Below, piece after piece: positions 1 to 14,240 of a stretch of 64,000 nucleotides of DNA; the first letter of the stretch is position 1, and the number at the start of each line of letters is the position of its first letter. Source of the DNA: Vicugna vicugna (lineage: Eukaryota). Below the pieces are notes generated by a model. It searched no databases. It saw only the letters and a list, made by a program, of their open reading frames with translations, and had not been told where the DNA came from. The stretch is taken from positions 5,524,508 through 5,588,507 of the forward strand of contig MU058584.1 of assembly GCA_013265495.1 (NCBI GenBank), given 5' to 3'. The position numbers were made by a program, and so were the translations under genes.

Positions 1-677
1 ATATCAGAAGTAATCAATATAAAGTTCTCATTTTCCCCAAAGCATTTATTTATGAGACACAAGTCCAATTTTAAACTTGTCAATTAAAATTCAATTAAAA
101 ACTCGGGAATCTTTACAAAGCAGTTTAGCAGTCAAGAATCAGAGCTGCAGTTAGATAAAACTAACTTACTACATATAGTTCTAGTATAAAGTCAAATCCC
201 ATGAACTCGTTTTATAACCAGATTCAGGTTGTGCTATTTGCTTTGCACATCGTTCGTTAAAATGACAACCCAGCACCATGAACTCACCACAAAGATGGCC
301 ACACTAATCAGTTAATTATTTAGACAGATGCTTTTCTGCCTGTAAACTTTTATTACTATTATTTCTAGTAATCTCTATAAAGCCCTCTGTCTCAAAGAAC
401 CCCACCAATGTGTGAAGGGTCACTTCAAGTACCACCTCCTCAATGAGAACTTTTCTGATGCCCCTAATCAGTACCCTGTACTCCCTCCAAAGTTGTGGTT
501 ATTTTGGCAATTGCCCTCCATGAATTATAAATTTGAAGAACTAACTTGCATAGCCTTATAGGTCCTTTAGCATCTAGAACAAATAACTCAAATATACATT
601 TTCCATTGAATTTAAAAGTTGAAAGATCGCAGGATGTGTTAATGCACCACACTGTTGTGCATTTTAAAAAACCTATT

Positions 678-737
678 GGCTGAGTAATATCCCATTGTAA
701 TATGTACACCTCATCTTCTTTATCCAGTCATCTGTAT
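678..737 (-). mobile_element. Short L1 3' fragment
   Basis: ggctgagtaatatcccattgta...ttctttatccagtcatctgt is the antisense L1 ORF2-end motif. Confidence 0.65.
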
Positions 738-1889
738 TTAAGGCAAAGCATATAAAGATTTTTACTTAAATGTATCTTCTTAGTGAAAGTAATTCTATGC
801 TACACCTTTGCTTTCTCTTTCTCCCTGTGCAGGTTGTCATCTCTGTCCCACTTATTAATCCAAGCTCATATTTGCAAGAGCACTGTTACTAGGTCATTGT
901 CACATGGCAATTAACAGAGACTGCAAACGAATATAAAGTCACACCAAAAAAAGTCATATTCCTTTATTCCTTTGTGATCTGAGCTGCTTTAAACATTTTG
1001 TATAAAGCTTTTCTCCTTCCAAGGTTCCCTGCTATTGCTCTCAGCCTTTTATATGTCCCTAAATGACCTAGCAAGGAAGGATAAAGACATAACTTTCCCA
1101 AGAATTCAGACTCAATTTCATAAACTTTTAAATATAGTTTTTTGTACTGTATTTTTATCTAAAATTGTTGTGTATATAGTTGCCGTTTCTTAAGTTTCAC
1201 CCTGATGAGACCCCATGCCCTATGATGATCTCACTAAAATATTTGACTAATTTACATTCATATCTTTAATTATCAAAATAAAGGTATAACCAATGGTTGC
1301 CAGTTAAAAGTTCCTTTAATACTTTTACGAAGTAATTTTAAATAACCACCACTCTTATAAATGCCCCAGATTAAAACACTCAAAGTACTGAACTCTCTCT
1401 GCGTACTTTAAATATCAAATATGAAATCTGTTCTCAGAAAATAATCCAAAACATTAATGAAATATGAAGTCACATGATCAATGCACCCTTATTTACAAAA
1501 GTGAAAAAAATTAGAACCTAACAAAATATTCCAAGGTAAGGAAATAATAAAACATGATTTAGTTCAGTCATGCAAGAGAACATTCCACAGCCATTAAAAT
1601 TTACTCTTATGACAATGATGTGGCAACATGTAAAATGTTATGATATAATATTAAGAAAAGAATAATCAAGTTAAATTAAAACCACATAAAATGATGTTTA
1701 CTATGTAAATTATATAACTGACCAAAAGAGAATCACTCAGAAGGAATACGCCACATGTAGGTAAACTACTAACATCGCTGGCAGGATTACCGATGACAAA
1801 TTTTCTCTAGTTTTCAAATTATCTGAAAAGTGTCTCCATTACTTTCCTATCCTAAAAGACTGTAACATTTAGAACAAAGTAGGCCACTA

Positions 1890-2105
1890 CTTTCAGCATA
1901 TGCAGTGGAGAGTAGTGGAGTTAGAATTTCCTGGGCTTGAGTCCTTGTGCAGCCAAACTACTTAAATTCTCTGAGCCTCTACTTCTGCAACAGTAAACTG
2001 GGATGATATAAGCCAATGCACAGCATATTGTGAGAATTAAATGAGACACTAGCATGCTTGGAACTGTGCCTAGCACACAATGAGCAGTCAATAAATGTTA
2101 GGTTT
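1890..2105 (+). mobile_element. MIR SINE
   Basis: Core ctctgagcctctacttctgcaacagtaaactgggatgat...gtgagaattaaatgaga...caataaatgttag. Confidence 0.75.
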
Positions 2106-2329
2106 GTTGTCATTTTCAACTCTGAAACTTTTTCAACACCTGTGATCTAGATCCTCAAGGTATAAAGATAAATTACACATCCTCAGAGAATTCAGTCTAC
2201 TAGCTGGATAAATATTAAAAAATTACTTTTAAAACCTGGTAAGTAATAGAAGTATGAGGTAGGCATTAAGTAAGCATCTACCTCACACAGAATCAAGAAA
2301 TTGGTAATAGTTGTGCAGAATTGTTATTT

Positions 2330-3600
2330 TTTTCTTAAGTTTTGTTGAGGCATAATTGACATACATTAAACTACACATATATAAAGGATGAAATTTAGTA
2401 AGTTTTGATATAAGTTTACCCCTGTGAAAACATTGCCAAAAATCAAGATATAAACACGTCCGTCAGCCCTCCTTTCTTTTGGTAATCCCTTTCTTCTGTC
2501 TCTCCCTGCCTCCCTTACCATCAACCATTACTGTTACTTCCCTTACCATTAACAAGTTGCTCCTGTAGCCATTAATCTGTTTTCCATTATTATATATTAG
2601 TTCAGTTTTCAACATTTTATATAAATAGAATCATATAGAATGTGCTGTTTCATCTAACTTTTCACTCAGCAAAATTATTTTGAGATTCATCTACTGTCCT
2701 ATACATCAATACTTCATTCCTTTTTTATTGCCAAATAGTATCCCATGTGTTGACATCATTGTTTGTTTAACCAGTCACCTGTTGGACACTTAGGAGTGAA
2801 ACAGCTGGTTCAAAGTAGGTATATGTTTAAAATTTTAAGAAACTGCCAAACTTTTCTCCAAAATGTATGTACCCTTTTAAGTTCTCACAACAGTATATGA
2901 CAGTTCTAGCTCCACTTCAGCCTTGCCCCTTGGTATCATCAGTCTTTTAAATTTTAGCCATTAAAGCTGTGTAGTGATATCTCATTGTGGTTTTAATTAG
3001 CATTTCCCTAATGTCTAATGATGCTGTGTATTTTAAATGCTTATTTACCATTCATGTATCTTCTTTGGTAAGTGCTTATTCTAATCTTTTGCCCACTTTT
3101 TAACTGGATGTTTGTTTTCATAATAAGAGTAAGATAAGCATAAAGAAAGAAAAATACATCAATAGAACATAATGAAGAATTCAGAAATATACATATATAG
3201 TCAGTAAATTTTTGACAAAGGTGTAGAAGCAATTAAGTGGAGAAAGCATAGTGTTTAACAAATGGTGTGGAACAACCAGATACTTAATTTTGATCATACT
3301 TCACCCCATACATAAAAACTCACAATGGATCATAGAGCTAAATATAAAATCTGAAATTATAAAGCTTCGAAGAAAACAAAGAAAGCCTTTGTGACCTTGA
3401 GCGAGGTAACAACATCTTAGATGCGACACCAAAAGTACAATACATGGAAGAACTGATAAATTTAACTTTGAAATTTAAAACTTCTGCTCATCCAAAGACA
3501 CTGTTAAAGAAACTGAAAATGCAAACCACACACTAACATTTGCAAATCATATATCTGGATAAAGAACATGTACCAGGAATATGTAAAGAACATTGAGCAG
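2330..3600. mobile_element. Old L1 (L1M-type) pieces: 3' end antisense at ~2330-3110, ORF2-end piece sense at ~3120-3600
   Basis: Typical L1 strings (ttgaggcataattgacatac; tatctcattgtggttttaattagcatttccctaatg; tttgacaaaggtg...atggatcatagagctaaat). Confidence 0.8.
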
Positions 3601-4209
3601 AGTTTTAAAGGACAAATACAAGTTAGCAGAGCAAAGAGAGAGATGGTATTCCAAGGCAGATGGGCAGGGGTGGTAAAAGCAACAGAGCAACACCACCACA
3701 GTACAGAGGGAGAGACAGGATGTAAGACGGGAGAAGGGGCTAAGATACGCATCATTTTTGTAAAACATGTAAAGGAGCTTGAACATTATCCTGGGGTAAT
3801 GGAGTACTGTGGAATATTTTTAGTAGAGCCAGGACATGGACCAATTAGAGGTTTTTAGATAGCTCACTCTGAAGCCTATGTGGAAGAGACATACTGAGAG
3901 ACAGAAGTATGGGGCTGAGCTGCTGCCGCAGCCCAGGTCAGAACCAGAACAGCAGTGGTAGGAATTAACAGGAAGGGGAGAACTCAAGGAAATGCTTAGA
4001 AGACAAAAGATCTACAAAACTTTTTATTACTTGGATGTGGGGGATAAAGAAGGCAGAAGGATGAATACTAGTTGTCAAATTCTTTGCTAGTGATAGAGAG
4101 AGTACAAAAGGAGCAGTCTGATGAGTTACAATCAGTTCAGCCTGGGACATACTGTTTGAGCAGGAGTCTGAAACGCCAAGAAGAGTCCTAGATATAGAAT
4201 TAAGAAGTT

Positions 4210-4800
4210 AATTGGTTTTTTCATATAAAATTTTCCAGCACAATTTATTGACTAATCAATATAATCACTGATATAATAACACCAAGTTCTCATTATATGT
4301 ACGTCATTTCTCAAGCATTCTGGGCTGTTACACTGCCATACTTGTCTACTCCTATGCCGATGTTACACTGCTTTTCTACTAAAGTTTTATTTTAAAAGCC
4401 TTGCTATTGCATAAATAAGTCCCCATCTTATCACTACATCCTCTTCCTCTTCAAAATTGCCTTGGCCATTTTGGCTCTTTCCACGTAAGAATTTTGTTAA
4501 ATTTCATGAAAAACTTGGCTAGGATTTTGACTAGAATTGCGCTGAACTTATAAATCAATTTGGAAAAAACTGATATCTTTATGACATAGAGTCTTCCCAT
4601 CTGTGAACATGGCATATATGTTCATTTATTTCTTATCACCTACAATAAAATTTATAGTTTACCTCATAAATATTTCCCACATCTTTTATTAGATTTATCC
4701 TAGGTGTCTTTTCCATTGACTGGAAATCTCTTCTAAAAGCTTTCTAATTGGTTATTTCAAGAATACTATTCATTTTTTTTAATATATTGACATTATATAC
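4210..4800 (-). mobile_element. Degenerate L1 ORF2 fragment
   Basis: ttcaaaattgccttggccattttgg...gaattgcgctgaacttataaatcaatttgg...gtcttcccatctgtgaacatgg. Confidence 0.7.
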
Positions 4801-6599
4801 AGTGTAACATATAGATTTTGGAGGCACCACGAAAACGGAACATTAATAGATAACATCTATTAAGTACCACGTTCTAGGGACTATGCTAAGCCCCTAAATG
4901 AAGTACCTATGAAGTAGGTGCAACTATTACCTCATTTTACAGGCCAGGAGCCTGAGAAACAGAGCAATAAAAGTAGTAGACCAGGGAATAAAGCCTGAAC
5001 ACCACCAATACTACCACAGGGAAAAAAGCTAGTTAATAAGACACAGCTCATGATCTACTAGATATAAAGAGAAAAGGACAGTGAGATAGCACAGATTTAA
5101 GTAGTGTGGAGTATTTCAGAAATGAGGAAGTGTTCAAACTTGTTAAATGTTGCAGTCAAATACAGCAGACACAGTAAAATAAGAAATGAAAAATGCCCCT
5201 TGGATTTTGCACTTCCGAGCACATTGGTTATCTTAGCCAGTATGATTTCAGTGGAATGAAAAGACGAAACCAAACTGTAGTGGCTAATCTCAATGAGCAG
5301 TCAAAGGCAAATGAAGAAGAGAAAACAATGAGTTATGTCTAGGCTTTGGAGAATCTGGGCAAGAAGGAAAAAAGATAGTAACTAATAGGAATTCAAAGCC
5401 AAAGAGAGGTTATTTTTGGCTGCTTGTATACTGTTTTTCGTGGGGTTTTTTTGTCAATACCTATGGCCCTTGCTTCCTCATGCATGTTGTACGTTCCACA
5501 GTATTTCTCCTTGGTAGCCAGTCAGCTAACAGGATGTTCACATTACTCATTCTTCCCAAGAAGCGTGTCAAGAATATGCATATTCTAAAGGGTTTATACA
5601 AGTAATGGGGTATTTCAGGGACAAATATCAGAAAAGAGCTACAAATTTTAAGTTTGCAAAATAGAAACAAATACTTTGAAGGAAGGATTATGCTAGCTAA
5701 AGTTGCAAAAGGTTCTCTGCTACAAAAAAAGTTGCAGGGGAAACATTCCATATTACTAGCAGCTAGGAATTTTTCTACCAAGCTTAGCACATGCATTATG
5801 TATATGCATGCATAAAAACATACAAGTATATATACTTAAGGCAAGTCAAGTCTAGTTTTATCATGTTAACATACAAAAAACTTCCCCTGCATTTCTGAAT
5901 CCACTTATTTTCAGCATCGATACTACTATTGAAATAAATATACGACCTACATTATTATCCAATAAAGATATGGTATAGAGGGTCAAGATTCATGGTATTT
6001 CAACAAAGGCAAAGAATATTTGTAAGGTAAAGCATCTTGAGAAAAAACACCAAAATATGCTGACATTTTTCCATTTTATTTATATTATATCAAAGTTAAA
6101 AAAAAAAAACTTTGAAAAAAATATTGGTTACGAATGGGAAGGAGACAGGGAATTTAATGACCGGTATCAGGAAAATCCATTCATCCAAGTATTTACTGAG
6201 CACTTATCATGTAGTAGGCAGGTTCTAATAATCAAAACAAAACAAATAAAAATATCTGCCTTCATGAACTCACTGGTGGAATCATCTAACGTATAAACAT
6301 GGACAGAGCCTAAGTTATCTAAATTCTGAACAGTACACTTACGCTCAAATTCATTAAACAAACTGGTGGAAAAAAAGAACAGAGAAACAGATGGGGTGAC
6401 ATGGTGATGGGGAAAATACGAGGAACATATCAGTGAACATGGTCAGTGACCTTCAATTCAGCCCCCAGTTATTTCCTTAATTATTTATGCCATCATTTTT
6501 ATATCTTAAAATACCTGATTGGTAGCAATAAGAATTGAAAATACTACTACATTTATAGTAAATGTCTACTAGTAAGATCAAAGGTCAAAGACTATAATC

Positions 6600-8600
6600 A
6601 CTCTTACAAGCACCTCTGACTCCCATAACCCTCCTAGCATACTTGCTTCACAAAACCACAACTATGGCTAAAGCAACCCTTCACCTACTCTGCACCTACA
6701 CCCATGCAGCTGAACATGGCAGGAGAACATTCACACTCATAATTCATGACCATGAATTTCAGGTGGGCCATTCATTCAGCACAGCAATCATACCATATTT
6801 CCTAATCTCTTCCTTGTCCTAGTCTTTCAGATGCCTATTTCACATGTCTCTTTTTTTAACCTTCCAATATCTTCTCCCCCATCCTCACTTTTAGCAGTTT
6901 TCGACCTTGCTTCCTATTGAGAAAACTGAGGCCATAAGAATCCTCACCTGCACCCTCATACTCGGCCTTCCCATTTGTTGCTATAGACAACTAGCCCTGC
7001 ACCACTGCACAGCCAGTCCAGGCTCTAATTTCCATTCCTTGTCACCTAATCAATGACATTGTTCCAGTAAGTTTACTTTTCTCTCATCAATTTTTCACAC
7101 CTATAATTCTTCTCAGCTTAAAAAAATTTGACCCTGCTTATCCTCACAGCTACCATTTCCTTGCTCACCTTTGCAGCAAAAACTCCCTGAAAAGAATTGT
7201 CTATATTCACTGTCTCCAATTCTTGTCCTCCAATTTTCTTTTAAATCCACTCCAAGCAGGGCTTTGCCTCCAACTCTCCATCAACATTCATCTTATTCAA
7301 GTTCACCAATGATTTCCGCATTGCAAAATCTAATGTTCAGTTCCCAATCCCCTTCTTGCTTGATACACCCACCTCACTTGACACGACTGATCATTCTTTC
7401 CCCTCAGAATACTTCCTTCACGTGGCTGCAGGACACCATTGGCTCTGAATGTTTTCCTTCTCCGTCGCTCAACACTCCTTTACTGCTTTATCCTCTGTAA
7501 CCCTTTACCAGGGCACAAAATTCCGTCTTTGTTCTTTTTCCTTCTCTAGCTACACTCTCTCTCCTTGGTACTCTCACCCAGCCTCACAGCTTGAAATATC
7601 ATCTGTATGCTGATGCCCCCAACATTTAAGCCTTTAGTCCAGACCTTCCCCTGAACTCCAAACTCACGTACTCAATTTTTTTCTCAATATATCTTCTTGG
7701 ATAAACAAGCATACATCTTAAGTTTCCACGTTCAAAGTGTAATCTCTTATTTTCCATCCATACTGACTCCAGCCATAGCCTTCCTCATTTCAGTTTATGT
7801 AAATTCTATCCTTTGAGTTGGTCAGGCCAAGAACTTTGGGGTAATCCTTGACATCTCTTTCTCAGACTCTCATATTCAATCTGGAAGGGAATCTTGATCA
7901 TTTGGTCCTCAATCATTAAAATATGTTTTTTAGACCAGTGATTTTTTTATATATTTATGAATAGGAAATAATTTACATGGTTAAAAACTTTTAAAGGTAG
8001 ACAATATGTAGTGAAAATCTTCCTCTGCACCCTTATTCTCTTGCCACTAGGGCACCTCCAGCCTGCCCTGAGTAGAAACTAGTACACATGAGAATCTTGT
8101 AACACATTTCAACATCTTACTTTAATAAAAATATACATTCTTTACCTCTTTTTATACAATAGTAGCATCGCATACACACTATTTTGTACCTTGCTCATTT
8201 TACTTAACTACATGGATTTAAGATTTTATTATCAGTATTGCCTCATAAAATCTATTTTAAACTACATCCATACGCTCGACTCACTGCTAACACCCTGGTC
8301 CAAGCCATTGTTTCTCCGAATTATTGCAACATTCTCTCAACTGGGCTCCCTGCTGCTACACTTGCCCTGTACAGTCTATTCTCAATGCAGCAGCCAGAGC
8401 GATCTTTTTAGATGTCAAGTCAAGCATGTCATCCTCTGCTCAAATCCCTGCAATGGCTCTCCATTTTCCTCAGAGAAAAAGACAGAAGTCTTATACTACC
8501 ATAATCTTCAAACCATATGATATCTCCCTGATTACTTCTGTGACCTCATCAGCCCCTCCTCTGCTGTTAATTGAACAAGCCAGGCAGCAATATGCTATTC
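6600..8600 (+). mobile_element. Long degenerate L2 LINE, interrupted by an old L1 piece at ~7930-8260
   Basis: Pyrimidine-rich L2 hallmarks (caagttcaccaatga, atctgtatgctgatg, ggggtaatccttgac, cagccagagcgatctttt). Confidence 0.8.
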
Positions 8601-9011
8601 TAAAAATAGCAAGATGGCCAATACACCTGAGAAACAGCGAGTAAGGGAGAGATTGGTTACAGAAGAAGATGTAGAAATTGATTGGAACTGGATCAGGTCA
8701 ATTTTGGAGGCTACAATAAATATTAAGATTCTATTCTATAAGAGACAAAAATTCACTGAAGAGTTTGACAGCTGAATTGTTAATCTGATTTGTTTTAAAA
8801 GGTCACTTGGACATGGTTAATTTTACTTGGAAAAGGTAAAATGTTCATAAATTGGAAGAGAAGAAGAGAGGAAAGAATAATTTAGGAGGTTTTTACAATA
8901 GTCCAGACAAAATGTAACAGTGATTTAGACCATAATGATCAGACTCAAGGTCTAGCTTGAAAGGAGAATGGAAAAGATTTATTGATAAGAGTTGTGAGAA
9001 AAAAAAAATCT

Positions 9012-9244
9012 GAGCTCTGAACAACAAGGTTTGAACTGCTCACTGATCCACTTACACGCAGATTTTTTTCAATAGTAAATACTCCGATATTGCATAACCT
9101 GCGGTTGGTTGAATACATGGATGCCAAGGAATCTTGGATGTGGAGGAAATGTGGCCATGGAGGGCCCACTATAAGTCACAGGCAGACTTCTGACTGCACA
9201 GTGGTTTAGAATCCCTAACACCCACATTGTCCAAAGGTCAACTG
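9012..9244 (+). mobile_element. TcMar-Tigger MITE (MER8-like)
   Basis: tgaacaacaaggtttgaactgc...ccacttacacgcagattttt start and ...ttgtccaaaggtcaactg|ta terminal inverted repeat. Confidence 0.8.
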
Positions 9245-9867
9245 TATCATAAAACTTTCTAGTATTATTCCACTGCAAACATGACCAGAATAAAAGCCAT
9301 CTTAAATTAGCTGAGAAACTTTTCACAATGCTAAGAATTAACTTGTACTTTGTTAATTCCACACCAGTATAAACCCAGTTGCAATACCTTATTTATACGG
9401 ATTTCAAATAAGGAGTAATTGTAGAAAGGTTTTCATAAACACTAGCTATATATAGGAAGAGAAAAAAGGATGTTAAGCTTGAAAACAGAGCATCAAGTCT
9501 GAGTCAAAGAAAGAATATATCAAATGATGCCTTCTTTTTGAATATTCACTTTCCATAAACTGGTTTTCTTACATGAATTTAATAATTCAAACTCTGATGG
9601 GCCTCAGTAATTTAAGTCTTTGGAACAAAATGGGACAACCATTTTAATTGGAGAAAAGTTATTCTGACCGACCATGGCCAGGTTGCCAGTTCACAAAGGA
9701 GACATCATTGAAACACTGTTTAATCTTAGGCAAAAGGTCATAGGTTTTCTCTTCTACTAGGTCAGCTGTATAAATCGACCCTAGTCAGCAGTTACAAAGG
9801 GCTTTACTTTGACATTAAACATATAACAAAACCAAAACAGAATTAAAATATTTTTAAAATACCTTAC

Positions 9868-10075
9868 CCTGGCAGCACAAGTGAAAGAATCAGGGCCATG
9901 AGCTGCATTTTTTATGCCATCCGTTCCAAAGAGGGCTCTAATGCTTCCAGGAGCATCTGTACGTGCCAGTCCAGAGTTCGCAGGTCCAAGAAGTCTTTTC
10001 CACTCACATACAGCATCATCTCTTAAAATCTCCATGGCAATTACAGGGCCACTCGTAATAAACTGGATCAGCTCA
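9868..10075 (-). CDS. NME7: NME7 exon 6 (208 nt, ELIQFITSGPVIAMEIL...GIKNAAHGPDSFTCAAR; contains His206)
   Basis: tttcatag acceptor, AGG|gtaagg donor; NDPK motifs SGPVIAM, GSIRALFG and NAAHGPDS; counting through the spliced exons puts this His at residue 206. Confidence 0.97.
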
Positions 10076-11345
10076 CTATGAAACAGGTAAAAGATTGATT
10101 TGCTACATTTTTCTATCAACTGAGATCTCTCTCTTAATAAGGATATATTACTATTTGAGTATTTCAACATATACATGAATATTATGATCTCAGAACCATT
10201 GGCCATAGTGAGTTTTACATGGGCAGGTAAAATTTTCATAAAATGAGTGTCTTGCATGACCTAAGTCACTACAGATCACTAACGTTGTAAAATCAATTAC
10301 TGTTAGCAGAAAAATCACTGTTTCATTGAATAAAGACTATTTCGTTCATTTAAAATGCATAATGATCTGTGCTTTTTGCATTGCTCTGAAAGGTACAGAA
10401 GGATCTTTTTATTTTCATGTGGTTAAAATTTCATAATAAAGTGATGAGAGCCATGTCTTATATTTGTAATAAGAGTTTTTGTGTGTAGATCTATTGGAAT
10501 TCACAAAATGACAATGAGTTTTCAATCAGTAAGCACTGAGTTGGTCCAGTGACATACAAAACATTCAGCAAGGAGCTGTAGTAATATCAACACACACAAA
10601 GACCCTCACAAAGAAGAATTTCCAAGAGAATTATATATGCCTATTCTACCGAGGTTTCAGAATCTTTTATAATGCTTAGTTTAAAATAATCTTATAACAA
10701 TGATTTTCTTATATAAAACTTTTCTTCAGTAAAACACTACTCTGTGCAGAACACCAAATGACATGTCTATTGGAGCAGTTTGGCTGACGTCCTCCTGTTT
10801 TAGAAGTGTAAGCACTCTCCTTTGTCTCTCAATAGTAATATGAGGTGCACAATATTCACTAACTTTAAATACAACCCAAATATTGAGAACATAGATACAG
10901 TTTCTAACATATTTGTTGCTGAATTTCAAGGAACAAAATGTATATCAAACTAGTCAACATAGAACAGTTCTATGAATGTTTTATATACATGAGGATGCCA
11001 AAATAAGTTTAAACCACAAAACATATTCAACATAAAATGAAATCATCACTCTATTTTCAATCTACTGAAATCTAAAAAGAAAGCTATGCTCCTTATAATT
11101 TAAGGAAATCATTATATTAGCTTCTGATTAAACTTTAATATATTTAATGATAAGAGAATTCTTATCTAATAAAAGGACAGAAAAAACAATTCCTAGAAAA
11201 AAGCTCTCTGCAGTTACAAGATGCTGCTAAGGACTTTTCGACAGATTATTCTTATGGAACAAATTTTTGAATCATAAAATTATAACTCCTTAGTTTTCCA
11301 GGATATCCTCCAAGACGCAACACGAGCCCCAAGGTTAGCACCTAC

Positions 11346-11396
11346 TTTAAAAAGGGCCTGGACTGATGGTCTATATGAAAGTCTGTTGCTTCTTTC
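11346..11396 (-). CDS. NME7: NME7 exon 5 (51 nt, KEATDFHIDHQSRPFL-N)
   Basis: Found manually. ttttatag acceptor, AA|gtaggt donor; NDPK-type HxxRPF segment; phase 2-2 links exons 4 and 6 in frame. Confidence 0.95.
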
Positions 11397-12439
11397 CTAT
11401 AAAATAAAGTGACAATAGTTAAGAATTATGTAAGGAAATTATTTTAGCTTACATTAATAAAGATGAAATTCTCTGACCAATATGTGAATTGATTAATGAT
11501 TTTTCAAATATTCTGCTCAAATCCCCTCTCTTTTCAAATTTTTTGCTAGCATGGATTTCTATGTTAAGATGTAAAATTAAAATGAATATAAGAAGCCATA
11601 TTTACTCTATTACTCATGTTCTTATCTTCCTTTTCACTGGCATCTTCAACATTCTAAAAACACATCTGACCAATAAGAAATATTTGTTTTTTAAAGTTCA
11701 AATAAGTTACATCAAAAAATGCAAAGCCATCTTCAATTCAAAATTTGTCACTTCCTTCTACAGGCTTTAAACTTGAGAGGTTAGCCTAGACTTCTAATTT
11801 AATAGTTATAATTTTCTGTCTTAGCTGGATTGCTCCAAAAAGACTATATACTTGTGTATTTAAAAAGTGCTTGACAAATTATGCATACCACTGTATTCTT
11901 ACTAGTTATTAATGTATTTAAAAAATGAACGCTTGAACTAACACCCTCAAAAAAAAAAGTAATATGGAGATATTCAGAAATCTCAATTAAGGACAAGAGG
12001 GATTTATTTTTTAAATTTATATTCCCACAACTATAGGGACAATGAAAGGATAATGGGCTTTTAAAATGATTAGCTGAAAAGTCTAAATCTCTAATCAAGT
12101 ACCACTCTTAAACTTGTACAGCTTTCTCAAAGGTTTTAAGCTGAGTTCACAGAATGTGACAAATTATGTCAACATCAACTACTTTTTAAAGTAGCAAATT
12201 AAAGTATCCCCCAACAACTTTCAGGCTTGATAATTTACCACACAATGCTTTAAGATCTCAAAGATCTCTATTACAAAATGAATTCACATAATAAGCTGTA
12301 TCAGGCTATTCTTTTATTCAAACCAAGTGTACTAAAATATTCTCTTTGGCTATGAAGAGATTATGAAAGTACACTATGTAAATAAAGAAAATAAAATTCA
12401 TCCCAAGAAATGGAAGGGGGAGAAAATCCATCTTTTTAG

Positions 12440-12640
12440 AGTCTATTATATGCCAACATTAGATTATTTTATTAGCCCTCCCAATACATAGAAATAGGTA
12501 TGATCACCTTCATGTTACATATGAAAATAATGAAGTTCAGCATGATTACCTAACTCATCCAGGTCAAAGTGCTAGTAAGGGAAGAGGGACAGGGGGATTT
12601 GAACCCAGATCTCTGATTGCAAACCTCTGACTGCTTATGC
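12440..12640 (-). mobile_element. MIR SINE
   Basis: caggtcaaagtgctagtaag...ggatttgaacccagatctctga. Confidence 0.65.
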
Positions 12641-13256
12641 CCTTTCTATTACCAACTTCAGAAAGGAGAAGAATTCACAAAAAAGATATGGATATACTAT
12701 TCTGCAGCCTAAAATGAGGTAACACCAAATGTCTGAAAAACTCATGTGGGAAGGATTTTAGAAGAGTTAGCGATGAGACTACTAATATAGCCAATTCTAA
12801 AATTTAACTAAAAAAAGGAAAATCAAAATCTTTAATACAAAGGAAAAGAAAAATCTTAATTACTAAAAGTATTTCATTGTTTTTTTCTAATGTCACTGAC
12901 CCCACAGCATTTCCATTCAAAATCTATTATTGAAACCAAGATGAGAGTTTATGATTTTTTTTTCTCATTGTTATTTAATTGCTCCCTTTAAAAGTTCAGA
13001 TGGAGAGAAATATTAACAAGTGCATCACCACCCAGAGAAGTTTTCTTTTGTTGCGTTTGTATAAAGAAACTCACCATTCTCTCACAAGGATCTATTAATT
13101 CTTTTACAAAATATTTATTTAATGTCTACTCTGAATCAGGCACTGATTCAAGAACTAGAAGTACAAAGCCAGATGGAACTCAGCTGCTGCCTTTCGGATA
13201 CTATCATGACGCAGGAACTGAAATTTGAGTAAACAAATTCAGAAAGGGTTTAAGCA

Positions 13257-13700
13257 TTGGGAGATACTCCTCCGTGGGTCTCTGGCGCTCCTGACACGTC
13301 TTATAGGGTAGGCCAAGAATGCAGCCACTCTTTATCCTAGCCATGTCTTGGAGTTAAGTTTACTGTGGGCAACTTTGAGGGATGAGGTCATGTCTCTTCG
13401 GTACAAAGAGCAGGCTTGTTTACTGCTTATTAATGAAACAGTGGGTAACTGAAGTTCAGGGCTCCTCAGCTGTGATGCAATCAGCTGTGTCTACAGCATC
13501 CACCCAGGGCCCACATATTATTCCCACGGGACATGAAGGCAAGGGGGAACCAAGAGAAACACGATGTTCATGCGGCTTGCTGAGCCGTAATTAAGTCCTT
13601 TGTCTCTGACTCAGAAGTCTCACGTCTTCTGCTGGCATCCCTGAGAGTAAGAGACTAACTTATTAGCTTTCAAATTGGGTAAAAGTCCAAGACTCGACAG
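13257..13700 (+). mobile_element. ERVL-class solo LTR (MER68/MER77-like)
   Basis: ttgggagatactcctccgtgggtctct start; aattaagtcctttgtctctgactcagaagtctcacgtcttctg poly-A region. Confidence 0.65.
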
Positions 13701-13999
13701 TAATATTAGTACAGATGTATGAGGTGCTATAAACAATGTAAAAAGCAGTGAGTTTTCTTGGGCATCTTTACTGTGGGAAGTTTGGTGCCAAATTATCAAG
13801 CACTGGAAGTGTAGAGACATAAAAAAATTTTTTAATCTCACTGAAACTATTCAAAGTCCTCTCCAGAGATCAGTCCCATTGCCTGCTATAAGGGCAAGCA
13901 TTCTCAATTGAGACAGAAATAGAACAAAGTTAACTGTACTTATAAAGGATCATGACCTTGGTTTCTACTAAATAATAATGATACCCCTAGTACTATACT

Positions 14000-14240
14000 A
14001 TTACTACTACTAGCTAACATCTGTATACACTTACTATGTGCCACAGCTTTTCAAAGCACTTGACCTATATTAAACTCATATAACCCTCAAAACAACTTTA
14101 TGATACAGGTGTTAGTATAACCTCCATTCTGCAGATGAAGAAACTGAAGCACAGAGGTATGTTGTTCAGAATCACAACCCTAGTAAGCTGTGCAGTTACA
14201 AGCAATCTCGCTCTGGAGTCTGTGCTCTGAAATAGAAGCC
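14000..14240 (-). mobile_element. MIR SINE
   Basis: cacttactatgtgcca...ccattctgcagatgaagaaactgaagcacagagg. Confidence 0.8.

Noticed and set aside
1..9867. NME7 exon 7 (EMELFFP...-like)
   Set aside because: Searched by eye and not found; presumably just outside the window.
9781..10257. 158-aa ORF as a standalone gene
   Set aside because: Only 9868-10075 is NME7 exon 6; the flanks are intronic read-through beyond clear splice sites.
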